Origin: Eledone cirrhosa
Lineage: Eukaryota
Direction: 5' to 3'
Assembly (NCBI GenBank): GCA_964016885.1
Contig: OZ024755.1
Location: 30,070,001-30,134,000 of the forward strand
DNA: 64,000 bases
The translations under genes were made by a program, and so were the position numbers. Position 1 is the first letter of the stretch. Every line of letters begins with the position of its first letter. The notes beneath the pieces are model-generated. The model ran no database searches and had not been told where the DNA came from. It saw only the letters and a list, made by a program, of their open reading frames with translations. Shown here one piece after another: positions 11,091-23,906 of this stretch.

Positions 11091-11525
11091 GTATAGTATG
11101 TGGTCCTAGATGTATGTATTACCTCCCTGTGTGTTGTATGCAGTCCTAGATGTATGTATTACCTGCTTATGTATTGCATGTGGTCCCAGCTGTATGTATT
11201 ACCTGCTTGTGTGTTGTATGTGGTCCTAGATGTGTGTATTACCTGGTGTTGGATGTAGCCCTAGATGTGTGTATTATCTGATTATGTGTTGTATGTGGTC
11301 CTAGATGTGTGTGCTACCTGATTATGAGTTGTATGTGGTCCTAGATGTGTGTATTACCTGCTTATGTGTTGTATGTAGTCCTAGATGTGTGTATTATCTG
11401 ATTATGTGTTGTATGTGGTCCTAGATGTGTGTGCTACCTGATTATGAGTTGTATGTAGTCCTAGATGTGTGTATTATCTGCTTATGTGTTGTATGTGGTC
11501 CTAGATGTGTGGGCTACCCGCTTTT
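11090..11525. repeat. 40-bp minisatellite (~11 copies) inside the hAT
   Basis: TGTGTTGTATGTGGTCCTAGATGTGTGTATTACCTGCTTA repeats. Confidence 0.9.
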
Positions 11526-12003
11526 GTGTTTTTTCTTTTCTATTTTTGATTTGTAATATTATTTATACAATAGGGAATAAAATAGATCTACATAGTGTTA
11601 ACTCGTTACAGTTGAGTCAATCATTTCAGACATGAAATACATTGTTATCGGTGAAGCAAAGACAAGATTCTAATTGGCTGCGCTCAAAGTGTCCTTGACC
11701 CAGTTGACTGTAGATTTTTTCTATTTTTAGGATCTCAATTGCCAGTTAATGTATAGACACGCCTGTACACCTGCTTACAGCTACGGTCAGACCATAGTTA
11801 TGCTGTCTGCATGCACATTCAAATGCTTTCACAGTGGCTGTCTCAAAGACATACAAATATGGCTTATAAAACTTATCAAGTAAAGAGCCTTCCAATGTCC
11901 CCTTAGCGCCCCCCTGATGCCCCCTTGTTCCAAAACGCCCCACTGGAGTCCCAAAACACCCCCTGGAGGTGCATATGCCCCCCCGTTGAGAACCTTTGGT
12001 TTA

Positions 12004-12980
12004 AATAATGGTTTCTCATATAGGCACAAGGCCAGCAATTTTTGGGGGAGGGGAAAGTCGGTTAAATCGACCCCAGTGCGTGACTGGTACTTTATTTTAT
12101 CGACCCCGTAAGAATGAAAGGCGAAGTTAACCTCGGCGGGATTTGAACACTATGCTGCAAAGCATGGCGTCCGACCCTCTACCTATACTGCCAATAGTTG
12201 AATGCCCTAAATAATGGTTTCTGATTTAGTCACAAGGCCAACAATTTTAGGAAGGGAAAAATCGGTTAAATCGACCCCAGTGCGTGACTGGTACTTTATT
12301 TTATCGACCCCGTAAGGATGAAAGGCAAAGTTAACCTCGGCGGGATTTGAATTCAGAACGGAAAGAGCCATAATTCTATGCCGCAAAGCATAGTGTCTGA
12401 CGCTCTACTGATGCTGCCATAATCTCCAATTAAGGTTTACCGCCAACAACTTTACAGGAAGAGTAAAATCGAGTGTTTTACTGGTATTTTGATTTATCAA
12501 CCTGGGCTGGATGAAAGGCAAAATTTACCTCAGTGGCAGAATGTCTTAACTAAATACAGCAAATCATTTGTCTGACGCTCAACCTATTCTGCCAATACTT
12601 GAATGTTCTAAATGACGGTTTCTCATTTAGGCACAAGGCCAACCATTTTAGGGAGGGGTAAATTGATTAAATCGACCCCAGTGGTACTTTATTTTATCGA
12701 CACCGTAAGGATGAAAGGCAAAGTTCACCTCGGCGGGATTTGAACTCTATGCTGCAAAGCATGGCGTCCGACCCTCTACCTATACTGCCAATACTTGAAT
12801 GCCCTAAATAATGGTTTCTGATTTAGTCACAAGGCCAACAATTTTAGGAAGGGAAAAATCGGCCCCAGTGCGTTACTGGTACTTTATTTTAACGACCCCG
12901 TAAGGATGAAAGGCAAAGCAAATTTGAACTCAGAACGTAAAGAACCGAAACTCTATGCTGTAAAGCTTAGTGTTTGATAA
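12004..12980 (-). mobile_element. Tandem cluster of ~5 family 1 SINEs
   Basis: ~200-bp periodic AGGATGAAAGGCAAAGTT cores. Confidence 0.85.
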
Positions 12981-13390
12981 TGCAGCACATGCAGCAAAAG
13001 AATGTAATGCCAGGCAATTTCATTTTTCCAGTTCTATAAACCTGACATTGTCAATTTCAGCGCTTCTCAAATACAAAATGGCGACCCTACATAAGAAATC
13101 GATAATAATGTTCGAATACTATATTATCGTATTATTCTAACTGAAATGAAAAGCTGCATTTCAAGTTTTACGACTGGAGGTGTCTAGAATTCCCCAGATT
13201 GTTTAACGATTTGCATGATTGTAACTCGGGATAGGATTGCTTGGATAGGATATTTTTTGAGTAACGAGACGAGGCAGTACTTTGGGAGTCACTCGTATTT
13301 CTAGTCAGGAATGGAGTTTTGAACGCGCGAAGAAATAAATTTTATACAAAACATATACATTTCTACAAGTAAGATTGTCAATCACAATGT

Positions 13391-13580
13391 ACCCCCCTAC
13401 CAAAAAGTAATGAGAAACAGTTTATGTTCCTATCGTAGTATCGTCCTCTTCGGAGAAGCTGGTTTGCCGAATCTTGCAGTGAAGTCATGTCGCACATCCT
13501 CCATGCTCTTGCCAGAATGCACACGATCATGTGTCCATGCACGTGCAAGCAGCCTCTCTTCCAAACTCTAGGAGCTCTGA
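13391..13580 (-). pseudogene. Tc1/mariner-like transposase N-terminal HTH (DUF4817-like) remnant
   Basis: minus-strand translation SLEERLLARAWTHDRVHSGKSMEDVRHDFTARFGKPASPKRTILR*EHKLF; TIR-like TACCCCCCTACCAAAAAGTAATG at the left end. Confidence 0.55.
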
Positions 13581-13614
13581 AATAGAAAATTATATTATTA
13601 TTATTATATATTAT

Positions 13615-13800
13615 AATTAATTAGTTCTACTTTTAGCACAAGGCCAGCAATTATGCCAGTGCATTACTGGTACTTTATTTTATCGACCCCGTAAGGATGA
13701 AAGGTAAAGTTGACCTCGGCGGGATTTGAACTCAGATCATAAAGGGGCGTAACTCTATACTGGAAAGCATGGCGTCCGACCCTCTACCGATACTGCCAAG
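13615..13800 (-). mobile_element. SINE family 1
   Basis: homology. Confidence 0.85.
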
Positions 13801-14010
13801 GTGTGACAAGTCTTTCGGACCACTCTGTAGGATGATTTGGCAGCATCTACTGTGCTTTTGCTAATGGTCTTAGATGTTCAAGTAATTGTGAGCATACACA
13901 GACCCTTTCACATTGTAATATTCAAGATGAAAGATCTTACCCTCTTGATATCTACCAGACACTTGTATAGAAGAATTAGAACTAATTTGTTAATCGTAGC
14001 CTTAATTAAT

Positions 14011-14195
14011 TGTTTCTACTTTTGGCACAAGGCCAGCAATTACCCAGTGTATTACTGGTACTTTATTTTATCGGCCCCGTAAGGATGAAAGGCAAAGTCA
14101 ACCTCGGCGGGATTTGAACTCAGATCGTAAAGGGACGTAACTATGCTGAAAAGCATGGCGTCCGACCCTCTACCGATACTGCCAATCCACCGCCC
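14011..14195 (-). mobile_element. SINE family 1, full length, with 17-bp TSD
   Basis: TCGTAGCCTTAATTAAT at 13994-14010 and 14196-14212. Confidence 0.9.
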
Positions 14196-14871
14196 TCGTA
14201 GCCTTAATTAATGTTGCTAGACAAGCAGCTCAAAACAAAAGAGCTAAAACCCTTTTTATTTGCACCCACTTCGTCTACACATAAAATTATCAGATGCCAA
14301 CAGCACCAAAACCCTTCCTTTCAAAGATATATAGTCATGGATTCATCACCTAGAACCAAACCACTCAAATACACAAAGAAAACAATGTATTTTAACAGAC
14401 ATCACTTCATAAGCACTTAATGCAATATTTATAGCCTCAAAAATTGATATATACATACATAAACCTCAATGAACATTTATCTAGATTTGACCAGCCGGCA
14501 CAGCCATCCCTCCCCCAAATACTTATTTCTAACCAAGTAGACCTACATTCCCAACGCAAAAATAATACAAAAATATCCACAAACAGCTAATAATTCTTTA
14601 TTTGTTTGATTCTCAAAGATTTTCTTTGGTAGATATGACAGGTGATTGATTATTTCTGTTGAAAGAATCGATTCTTTTGTACCAATAGCCATTTAAATTA
14701 CCTTTCAGTGGTTCTGAGTTCATATCTCACCGATGTGAACTTTATTTTTAATGCTTTTGAAAAATAAATCCGCAGATTATTGGAATTTATAACTCTACAT
14801 GTATCGGGCTTTCTCCTTCTCTTGGACAATATCGGTGTCGAAGAGAGGGAAGATATGTATATATATATATA

Positions 14872-15125
14872 TATATATAATTAAATATATGAGAGAAATA
14901 AACATAGATATAAGTATACATATGTTCCAATTGCAAAGGACCAAGTTAGCTAGGTTGAAAAAAATACTAACTTTTAAGTCAGTATTTTTTTCAACCAAGC
15001 TAACTTGAAAAAAATACTAACTTAAAAGTTAGTATTTTTTTCAACCTAGCTAACTTGGTCCTTTGCAATTGGAACACATGTATACTTATATCTATGTTCA
15101 TCTCTCTCATATATTTAATTATATT
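14872..15125. repeat. Fold-back inverted repeat adjacent to (TA)n
   Basis: ~110-bp near-perfect inverted arms. Confidence 0.8.
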
Positions 15126-15199
15126 ACACGGCTCGGAAAGATTCCCTTCTTTGAGCTATTTAATTGTAAAAGACTATTTTGAGTTTCTAACTCAATGTA

Positions 15200-15248
<49 letters not shown>

Positions 15249-15423
15249 GAATAAACAGAGAAACAGTTCCTTATATTAAAAAAAATTCATCATTTTACGA
15301 TCGTTTCTAGGATATATATGTTAGTGTTGGTATGCATATCCTATAGATCTATGTAAAATTTTTACAAACTATCAGAGGGAATATACATACCTACACATAT
15401 ATATGCTGTCTTCAGAAATAATC

Positions 15424-15504
<81 letters not shown>

Positions 15505-15552
15505 AATGAATAATAACAGGTAGACATCATAAAAAGGTAATTTATTCTGTGT

Positions 15553-15662
15553 GCTTACAAATGTTTCCACGGTGGTTATACAGCCTAGTTATGCTATGTG
15601 CAAATTTATAACTATTTGCAAAACTCAATTATCAAATGCTGTGACCACTGTATCATCAGAGC
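15553..15662 (-). ncRNA. Type I hammerhead ribozyme with long stem II
   Basis: minus: GCT-CTGATGA-TACAGTGGTCACAGC...GCTGTATAACCACCGTG-GAAA-CATTTG-TA-AGC, then AATAAA and (TA)n. Confidence 0.65.
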
Positions 15663-16947
15663 AGAATGATTAAAATGTACAATGTAAATACCCTTAAGTG
15701 AGGTTATTGGGGAAGATAGAGTAGAAAAGGAAGAGAGAAAAGAAGGGGAGAGGAAGAGAGAGAGAAAGATATGCAGGGGTTGGAGAAATGGGAGAGAGTG
15801 GTTTGTAGATATCTTAATCGAAATGTTGTGGTAGGGGTTTTATTATACTGGTTACTCTCAAAGCGACCACTTTAAGCGATGCGTTGATAGTCAAGGTTGG
15901 AATTGTTTATTGCCCCAGAGGGCAGGTTCATAGATATGGAGAGGGAGGGAGGGAGGTAGGCCTAGGGCGAGAGAGAGAGAGAGAGAGTGGAATGGATATA
16001 GAGGGAGAGATAGAGAGGGGACAGACGAAAGCTATGGGGTGGTTGAACATTGGGTTCATAGTAGTAATCTACGAATTGCACTAAGTTCCCATTTATAGTG
16101 ATAAGCAGGGTATTGTCTTGTAGTGTGGGGGAAGAGAAAGTGGTTAGCCAGAAAGCAATGTTATAGTTACGGGTTCGAATGTTAAGTTATTTTATAGTGA
16201 GAGAATTTAGCTTTCAGTTTGTGGTTGCAGTATAATGATCGTTCGATTCTAAACTCCGGAATACAGAAGGATCAGAAACTAAGTTTCTTCAACTATTCTT
16301 CCATAACTCGTTGAGTAACCTCTTACCGTACGTCAATTCTATCCAGTGTAGTAATTAACCATTACTGCATCTAGGATAATCCTATATATATATATATGTA
16401 GAAGTTATATTTAATTTGTTGGGATACAACAAGCAAATATTTTTATAACTGATATAAAGCACTCAACAAATTTTTTCTCTTTCTCTCTTTCTCTTTCTTT
16501 TCTTTTGTTTTTCTTTCGTTCTTTCTTTTTCCTTTTCTTTTTTTTCCCTATTCCAACGGCTTAATTTAAATGTATGGGATTTAAACCTTTCCGACACTAA
16601 TTTGCATAATAGACCAATAATAAAATTAGTAACCCCACTATCCGGGAGCTTCCAACCGACATGGTTGCATTCTTTAAGGGGATGTCAATATTTGTTTATA
16701 AAACTGATCTATATTATATTTTATCTGATGAAAGCGCACCATAATTTGCTTTGGTGTCCTTGAAATATGTATAATGAAATAAATATGGTTTTATAAATAT
16801 AGTTTCCATTTGTTAATATATATATATATATATATATATATTCCCTGGATTACACAAAATCTGTGGATACAATTTCTGTCTTGACTTTTTTTGAATTGGG
16901 ATTGAATTATTTTCCCATATCTTACGTTAAATATTTTCCATCTTGAC

Positions 16948-17075
16948 GTAATAGTCACTTATATGTATGTAATAGTCACTTATATGTATGTAATAGTCAC
17001 TTATAAGTATGTAATAGTCACCTATATGTATGTAATAGTCACTTATATGTATGTAATAGTCACTTATATGTATGA
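16948..17075. repeat. 21-bp minisatellite (~6 copies)
   Basis: GTAATAGTCACTTATATGTAT. Confidence 0.9.
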
Positions 17076-17106
17076 ATTACTGTTGGCTTCTTGCTCACAT
17101 TAATTT

Positions 17107-17290
17107 CATTGGCAGTATCGGTAGAGAGTCGGACGCCATGCTTTCCAGCATAGTTACGTCCCTTTACGGTCTGAGTTCAAATCCCGCCGAGGTTTACTTT
17201 GCCTTTCATCCTTACGGGGTCGATAAAATAAAGTACCAGTAATACACTGGGTAATTGCTGGCCTTGTGCCTAAAGTAGAAACAATTAATT
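17107..17290 (+). mobile_element. SINE family 1
   Basis: homology. Confidence 0.85.
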
Positions 17291-17315
17291 TCTCTATTTT
17301 CATTTATATATATAT

Positions 17316-17351
<36 letters not shown>

Positions 17352-18884
17352 GCAACTACTGGTTTTCCAAGAAACATCTTGAAAACTTCCTCCCCAAGGT
17401 AAAACCTTGGAGAGGAACTTTTCAAGTGCATAGTCAGTCATGACGTAACTACTCAACAACAGTTGATCAGTAACTTAGCACCACGTAAATAATGTCTGTA
17501 TTTATGACATACCAGAATTAAACCAATGAGTGGTGAGAGATTATTAACGTCAAATTGTATTGTAAAACACTTCAGCATGTTTTCGCTTGCAAAATATACC
17601 CATTGGCAATCCCCCACCCAATGAACAGTAAAAATCAATAACTCTATTGTTAACATTTACTAATAAGTGGAATGGATATTATTAATTTACTTATCTACTA
17701 TATTCATTTATTTATCTATTCAACTATCCGTTTTCCCCATAGAGATAAAAAGCTTGTATGTTAAAATTATTTTTTTGTTAAGAAATATATTATCAATTTC
17801 CTTTGCATTTTCTTTTTTATTTAGTGGGTGGGCTATGTGATTGATTATTATTCACTTATGGTGCAAGCAGGCATTGCTGAGCGCTTCTGAGCATTGCTGA
17901 TCACTACTGAAAAAAAAAATCGTTTGTGGCAAGAGGAAAATGTGACTCACTGGCAATTGTCGTTTGAAACAAATTTCATAACATACACACCGACTAAAAC
18001 TGTTCTTGTATGACAACCAGATAGAGTCATAGCGGCACCACCGTATTGACATACAGAGTTTCTTGGGTATTTCAAGAGTCCATCCCTCTCCAGGCCTGAG
18101 TAGAGCAGATTTCTTCCAGAAAGAGAGATAGAATCGACCCCCAGTACCAGACTTGTTCTTTTTTTTTATTGACCTCGAAAGGATGAAAAGCAAAGTTGAC
18201 CTCGATGGGATTTGAACTCAGAAAGCAGAGAGCTGAAACGAATACCATAAAGCATTCTATACAACGTTCTAACGACTCTGCCAATTCGCCGCCTTTTGAT
18301 AACCAGTAGAGCTGGACAAATTGCTTTGTCGTATAGGAGAGTCAAGTATGAAATGTGTAGAAATTTGTTTTTTCTTCTGCAAATTTCATACGTGACGACC
18401 CAATATTTAGTTTCAGCCATTTACGACTTTGAGTTTCTTATTCACGCTTAGCTCAATAAAATATAAACCTGTCCAATACTGAGACAAATTAATTACTGTA
18501 TCGCTAGAGCTCCAAAATCTGCATTTTTGGTCCGGGTTTGTATCGGATTATTAAGTGCAGTGAATTGGTGTCAAGGCAAAATGTTTGGTGGTATTTAGTT
18601 ACTTGCTCTTTATATTTTGGGCTCATACCCACCGACGTAGACTTTATGTTTCATCATTTCGAGCACGATAAAATAACCCTTATTCAAGTACTGGAGTGGA
18701 TATAATTGCTGGCTCGATTCTCCCGTATTGTATTCATGTAAGAAATGAGCCTAGTATGAATACTGATGGAACATATTTGTTAATATGTTTGCTTGATCAA
18801 GGCAGAATTGGGGTTCAATAATCTGATACAGATATTTTGTTGTGTTCTTGAGCAAGACACTTCATTTGACGTTGCTCCAGTATG

Positions 18885-19470
18885 GCGGTCCTTGCCATTC
18901 TGAGTTCAAATCCCGCCGAGGATAACTTTGCCTTTCATCCTTACAGGGTCGATAAAATAAAGTACCAGTAATGCACTGGGTATTTGCTGGCCTTGTGCCA
19001 AACGTAGAAACAATTATTATTGGGCGGTGGATTGCCAGTATCGGTAGAGGGTCGGACGCCATGCTTTGCAACAGAGTTATGATCCTTTACCTTCTGAGTT
19101 CAAATCCAGCTTAGGTTAGCTTTGCCTTTCATCCTTACGGGGTCGATAAAATAAAGTACCAGTAATGCACTGGGGTTGATTTAATCAACGTTCCCCTACC
19201 TCCAAATTGCTGGCCTTGTGCCTATACTAGAAATCATTATTACTAGGTGGTGGATTGGCATTATCGGTAGAGCGTCGGACACTATGCTTCGTGGCATAGA
19301 GTTACGATCCTTTACGTTCTGAGTTGAAATCCCGCCGAGGTTAGCTTTGCCTTTCATCCTTACGGTGTCGATAAATAAAGTACCAGTAATACACTAGGGG
19401 CAATTTAATCGACTTTCTCCTCTCCTTCAAATTGCTGGCCTTGTGCCTAAAGTAGAAACAATTATTATTA
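18885..19470 (+). mobile_element. Three tandem family 1 SINEs
   Basis: repeated cores at ~18930, ~19125 and ~19350. Confidence 0.85.
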
Positions 19471-20409
19471 GGAAGAATATTGAGAGGAAGGGCTCTCCTA
19501 TCTCAGAGAGATATTGGCACTTAATACATCGTCTGGCGATAAATATAATTTTAGAAATATCAACGGGAAGTGTAATACGAGAGATAACCTAGAATAAAAT
19601 ATATTATCCTTGTTATTTTAAATTCCCGGTCAGCCCTAATCGATTAGACTTATGACCAAGAATGTTCCAGTCGTGACTATCCTCATTTTCCAATATGCAG
19701 TGGACCTAGGCTCAAATAATCCAAAGTGACTTTTTCTAAAACGAATCAGTGTTATTTGAGGGAATTCATTTGCTGTTTCTAGCAGATTGGGAGAATACGT
19801 AGAGGCTCTCCTGTTTTTGCGGTAAGATAGTATTATTTGGTGATGGTGGCTGCAGGAGAGATCTAGAAAGGTAGTTGTAATCTTTAAGAACCTCTACGAA
19901 GAATTTTTCTCTGGTGAGACCATTGAATTTCAGGAGTTGATTCCTTATAGACATTTCATGATATGTATGAATCATGTCATTTTATGTGAGATAAAATAAA
20001 TAATCTTAAGATTGTATACTCTTTACAGAACAACGTGAACATTTTTAACCCGAATCCCAATATTGATTTTCAATTCTAATACCATATCAAAATACGAAAT
20101 GAACAAAAGAAGTAACAACTGCCGTTTCTGCCAGAGACATTAGAGAAGAAGTAAGAATTCTTTTATTTTGTATTCTATTTTGGGGGGTTCAGATTGTAGG
20201 AAGGCTTTATTCTCACGACCTTTGCAGATAAACCAAGAACAGTTAGATCGGCGCATTTAACGTTCCAGCTGAAAGAAAGACTTGCTGAGAGAAGGGTATC
20301 AGATAATGCAGGGCAGGGCATTTAATGGACATCAGATAGATGAAGAGAGGAGGAAAACTCAGCAAGTGGTGAGTGCTGAATGTAAAGGGCACCATTATTG
20401 TAGTTCTCT

Positions 20410-20585
20410 GGCGGTGGTTGGGCAGTATTGGTAGAGCGTCAGACACCATGCTTTGCAGAATAGGGTTATGGCCCTTTGCGTTCTGAGTTAAAATCCGCCT
20501 TTCATCCTTACGAGGTCGAAAAAATAAAGTACCAGTAATGTACTGGGATAATTGCTGGTCTTGTGCCAAAAGTAGAAACAATTAC
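20410..20585 (+). mobile_element. SINE family 1
   Basis: homology. Confidence 0.8.
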
Positions 20586-20859
20586 TGTAGTACTCTGAGA
20601 CTAGTTGTAATCTTTAAATATTTTTCAGATCAAATAATCTCCCTCGTATGACAGGCATTGCTGTGCAGCTAAGAAGTTCGCGTAGTAGTCACGAGGTTTA
20701 GATTCCAATATCACATAACACCTAACGTGTTGGAAAAGAACACATTGGAATAATATGATCCCAAGCGAAATGAGCCTAGTATGAATACTGATGGAACATA
20801 TTTGTTAATATGTTTGCTTGATCAAGGCAGGATTGGGTTTCAATAATCTGATACAGATA

Positions 20860-21060
20860 TTTTGTTCTGTTCTTGAGCAAGACACTTCATTTCACGTTGC
20901 TCCAGTATACTCAGCTGCAAATGAGTACCAGCAATAGCATCCTGCGATGGACTGGCGTCCTGTCCGGGCGGGGGAGTCTTGTACTCTCAGTCGCTTTAGG
21001 CCATGAAACCGGGATAAGACCAGCCAAATGAGCCTTCTGACTTAAGACAGACTTTAGACT
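20860..21060 (+). mobile_element. CORE-like SINE
   Basis: TTCTTGAGCAAGACACTTCATTTCACGTTGCTCCAGT...CCTGCGATGGACTGGCGTCC. Confidence 0.75.
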
Positions 21061-21341
21061 TTTAGATAAAGTTAAACAGGGTTTACATCTACTACTCAAG
21101 AACAGATGCAATTTACACGACAAGAAACTAAGTATTTACAATTCTTTTCTCCCACTCATTGCAGAGTAAAAGACAGAGAAATTGGCGTTTGCACTCTTGA
21201 GAAGCCAACACGCATAGAATTTATATTTTATCATCATCTTCAACCTACCTACATCCTTCATGTCCTCAGGCAGAGCATATGAACGTCACAAATATTTATT
21301 TATTTTATTTTATAAATTGAATATCGAGAATCAATGAAATA

Positions 21342-21525
21342 ACTGTTTATACTTTAGGCACAAGGCCAGCAATTACCCAGTACATTACTGGTACTTTATT
21401 TTATCGACCCCGTAAGGATGAAAGGCAAAGTCAACCTCGGCGGGATTTGAACTCAGATCGTAAAGGGACGTAACTATGCTGGAAAGCATGGCGTCCGACC
21501 CTTTACCGATACTGCCAATCCACCG
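21342..21525 (-). mobile_element. SINE family 1 with TSD
   Basis: CGAGAATCAATGAAATAAC on both sides. Confidence 0.9.
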
Positions 21526-21959
21526 AGAATCAATGAAATAACAGTGAACAGAACTCACGATGAAAATATATTTGTTCTGCAATAAACGATTTTGTTCATT
21601 GAAGTTTGATTTGTAGATGAAACAAAAAAACGTTGTTTACTTTTGAACTTCATAGTAAATGATGCGAGTGATAAGATCAACCATTTTTTTGTTATTCCTT
21701 GTTACTTGAATAAAAGATAACATTCAATAGAATATTGTTTTATCACGAACACAAATATAAACCCCTCTTTCTGTGTCCGTCTCTCTCTATCTCTATCTCT
21801 TGATCCGTAACTTCTGGTAGAATTATGGCGCTGTAGTGACTTACGCTGTTTTGGGGGCATTTTGTTTAAACCTGGTGGAGCCCATCTCTTCTAGAGATCT
21901 GAAATTAATAGAAGTACGCCATAGGGGTGTGTACTTATTTTACGCCCCCCTACTAGACG

Positions 21960-22230
21960 TCTAAAGTCTGTCTTGAGCTCTGAGGATCATCAGGCCAGTG
22001 CTCTCATAGCAGCAAGCGACTGAGAGTATATGACTCTCACCGTGGAATGACGTCAGTCCAGCGCGGGTTAAACCCCCAACTATAGCTGGTATTCATTTTC
22101 AGCTGAGTATACTGGAACAACGTGAAATGAAATGTTTTGCTCAAGAACACAACATACAACCCAGTCCAGGATTCGAACCCTTGACATTATGATCGTAAGT
22201 CAAACACCCTTACCACTAAACTACGCGCCT
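21960..22230 (-). mobile_element. CORE-like SINE
   Basis: reverse complement of the 150-430 family. Confidence 0.75.
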
Positions 22231-22419
22231 CTACTGAGTGCGATAAAGCCGATCCCGGCACTTAAACCATCGACCTATTTAATTACACACTTGACGAAGA
22301 GCATTATAGGGAGAGCACTATACTGCAAGCATTCCAGCCAGATATTCAGTCGGAGAATAATTCCCTCCCTCCTCCCTTTCTCAGTAGACTAAGAAGCTTT
22401 TTATAATGTAATGGTTGCT

Positions 22420-23330
22420 TCCTTCTCTCTTCTAACTAAGCATTAACAAATACCACAAGGCATTAGGTTTGTCTATCTTCCGATTATCATTCAACTGTCT
22501 TTGTTTAGAAATCAATAAAGCAAGTATTATATAAAAGTATTTCAGAATACAAGTTTGCACAGGTTTATTCCTGTCAATATACATTCGTTATGTTCGTTCA
22601 AAAACATTTATTGTCACTTGGAAACAAACAATTCAATGTCACAACCTTAATTTCCCCCTTACTGAGAGTTTTCTTAATATTGATTTCCAACTGGTACAAT
22701 GCAACACCTTTTTGGTGGAGTGCTATAATAAATATAAAAAAATTCGGGTGGATATTATTGGTATTTTTTATCGTTTCCGAATGAAAGGGAAAGGGAAATT
22801 CATAGTATATGAATTTAGAATGCATTAGGATACGAATTAGATTCTTCGATGCATTTAGTTCGGCAATCTAAAGTTTCTGCTATTTCAAACCACTCGACGG
22901 ATCTTTTCAGTAAATTTACAAATGCAATTGGTTATTGCTTCCTCGAATGAAGTCGCGGAGTTTCAAATCTAATTCTCGCCGTTATTAATTATCAAGATTA
23001 CTCTAGTACTCAGGAGTATTTTTCATAGTAACTGTTGTTTCGTAACATTTTAAATGCCAGATCTTTATAGTAGTCTTCATGAAGATTACGCTGTTACCTT
23101 TATCAGTTTCTTTAATGAGTATTTCTGTGTTTTCTTGTAAATAAATTAGGTTCTTCTATTCATTTTTTGGGAAATTTGATTTGTTATTTCTAGTTACAAT
23201 TTTTTTCAAGGGAAACATTCATATTGTTTTCGCAGTGAGACTCTAGTACTCCTTCTTTTATTTAAGCAGACATCACTTTTATTTCAAACTAATCATTCGT
23301 GTGAAAAGTATTGCATATCGTTGAACAATA
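22420..23330 (-). pseudogene. Highly degenerate Penelope-like reverse transcriptase remnant
   Basis: minus-strand EILIKETDKGNSVIFM resembles the PLE 'IK.ADKG..VV.M' motif; a downstream NLYS-like motif; many stops. Confidence 0.45.
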
Positions 23331-23557
23331 TATATTGTAGTCAGCGTATGTAGACTATAATAATAGACAAAGAAACATATGTTAAAGCCAATAACTTCCT
23401 CTACTATCTCCTTTCGCAAAAGTCTATATCTTTCTTGTTTATATCAAATTCTGCCGAGGTTAACTTTGCCTTTTCATCCTTATGGGGTCGATAAAATAAA
23501 GTACCAGTAATGTACTGGTGAATTGCTGGCCTTGTGCTAAATTAGAAACAATTATAT

Positions 23558-23628
<71 letters not shown>

Positions 23629-23629
23629 T

Positions 23630-23863
23630 AAATATACACGGGTGTGTATGATTGTGTATAGAAGATTATATTAATAAGAGGAATTCCAACTTTGTCTGAT
23701 TTACTCGTTTTATTTACAATCTTTTAAAATATATATAATGGTATTATAATGAAATAGTATGATAGAATATTAAATTCTAAGTGTTAATTGAACAAGTACT
23801 TTCATGCTTTCGCAATCTTCAGGTTCATAATATGTGGTGACAGTCAAGTTTGCAATTTTCAAC

Positions 23864-23870
<7 letters not shown>
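23630..23870 (-). mobile_element. ~240-bp TA-flanked element with minimal hammerhead (23789-23827); near-identical copy at 45345-45585
   Basis: TGAAC-CTGAAGA-TTGC(GAAA)GCAT-GAAA-GTAC-TT-GTTCA. Confidence 0.7.

Positions 23871-23906
<36 letters not shown>

Larger units (their letters stand above)
9007..11998 (-). mobile_element. Buster/Charlie-type hAT DNA transposon, both ends present, inactive
   Basis: perfect 8-bp TSD GTTTAAAT (8999-9006 / 11999-12006, central TA); imperfect TIRs CACAGGTTTAAAAC / CAAAGGTTCTCAAC; internal transposase remnants. Confidence 0.8.
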
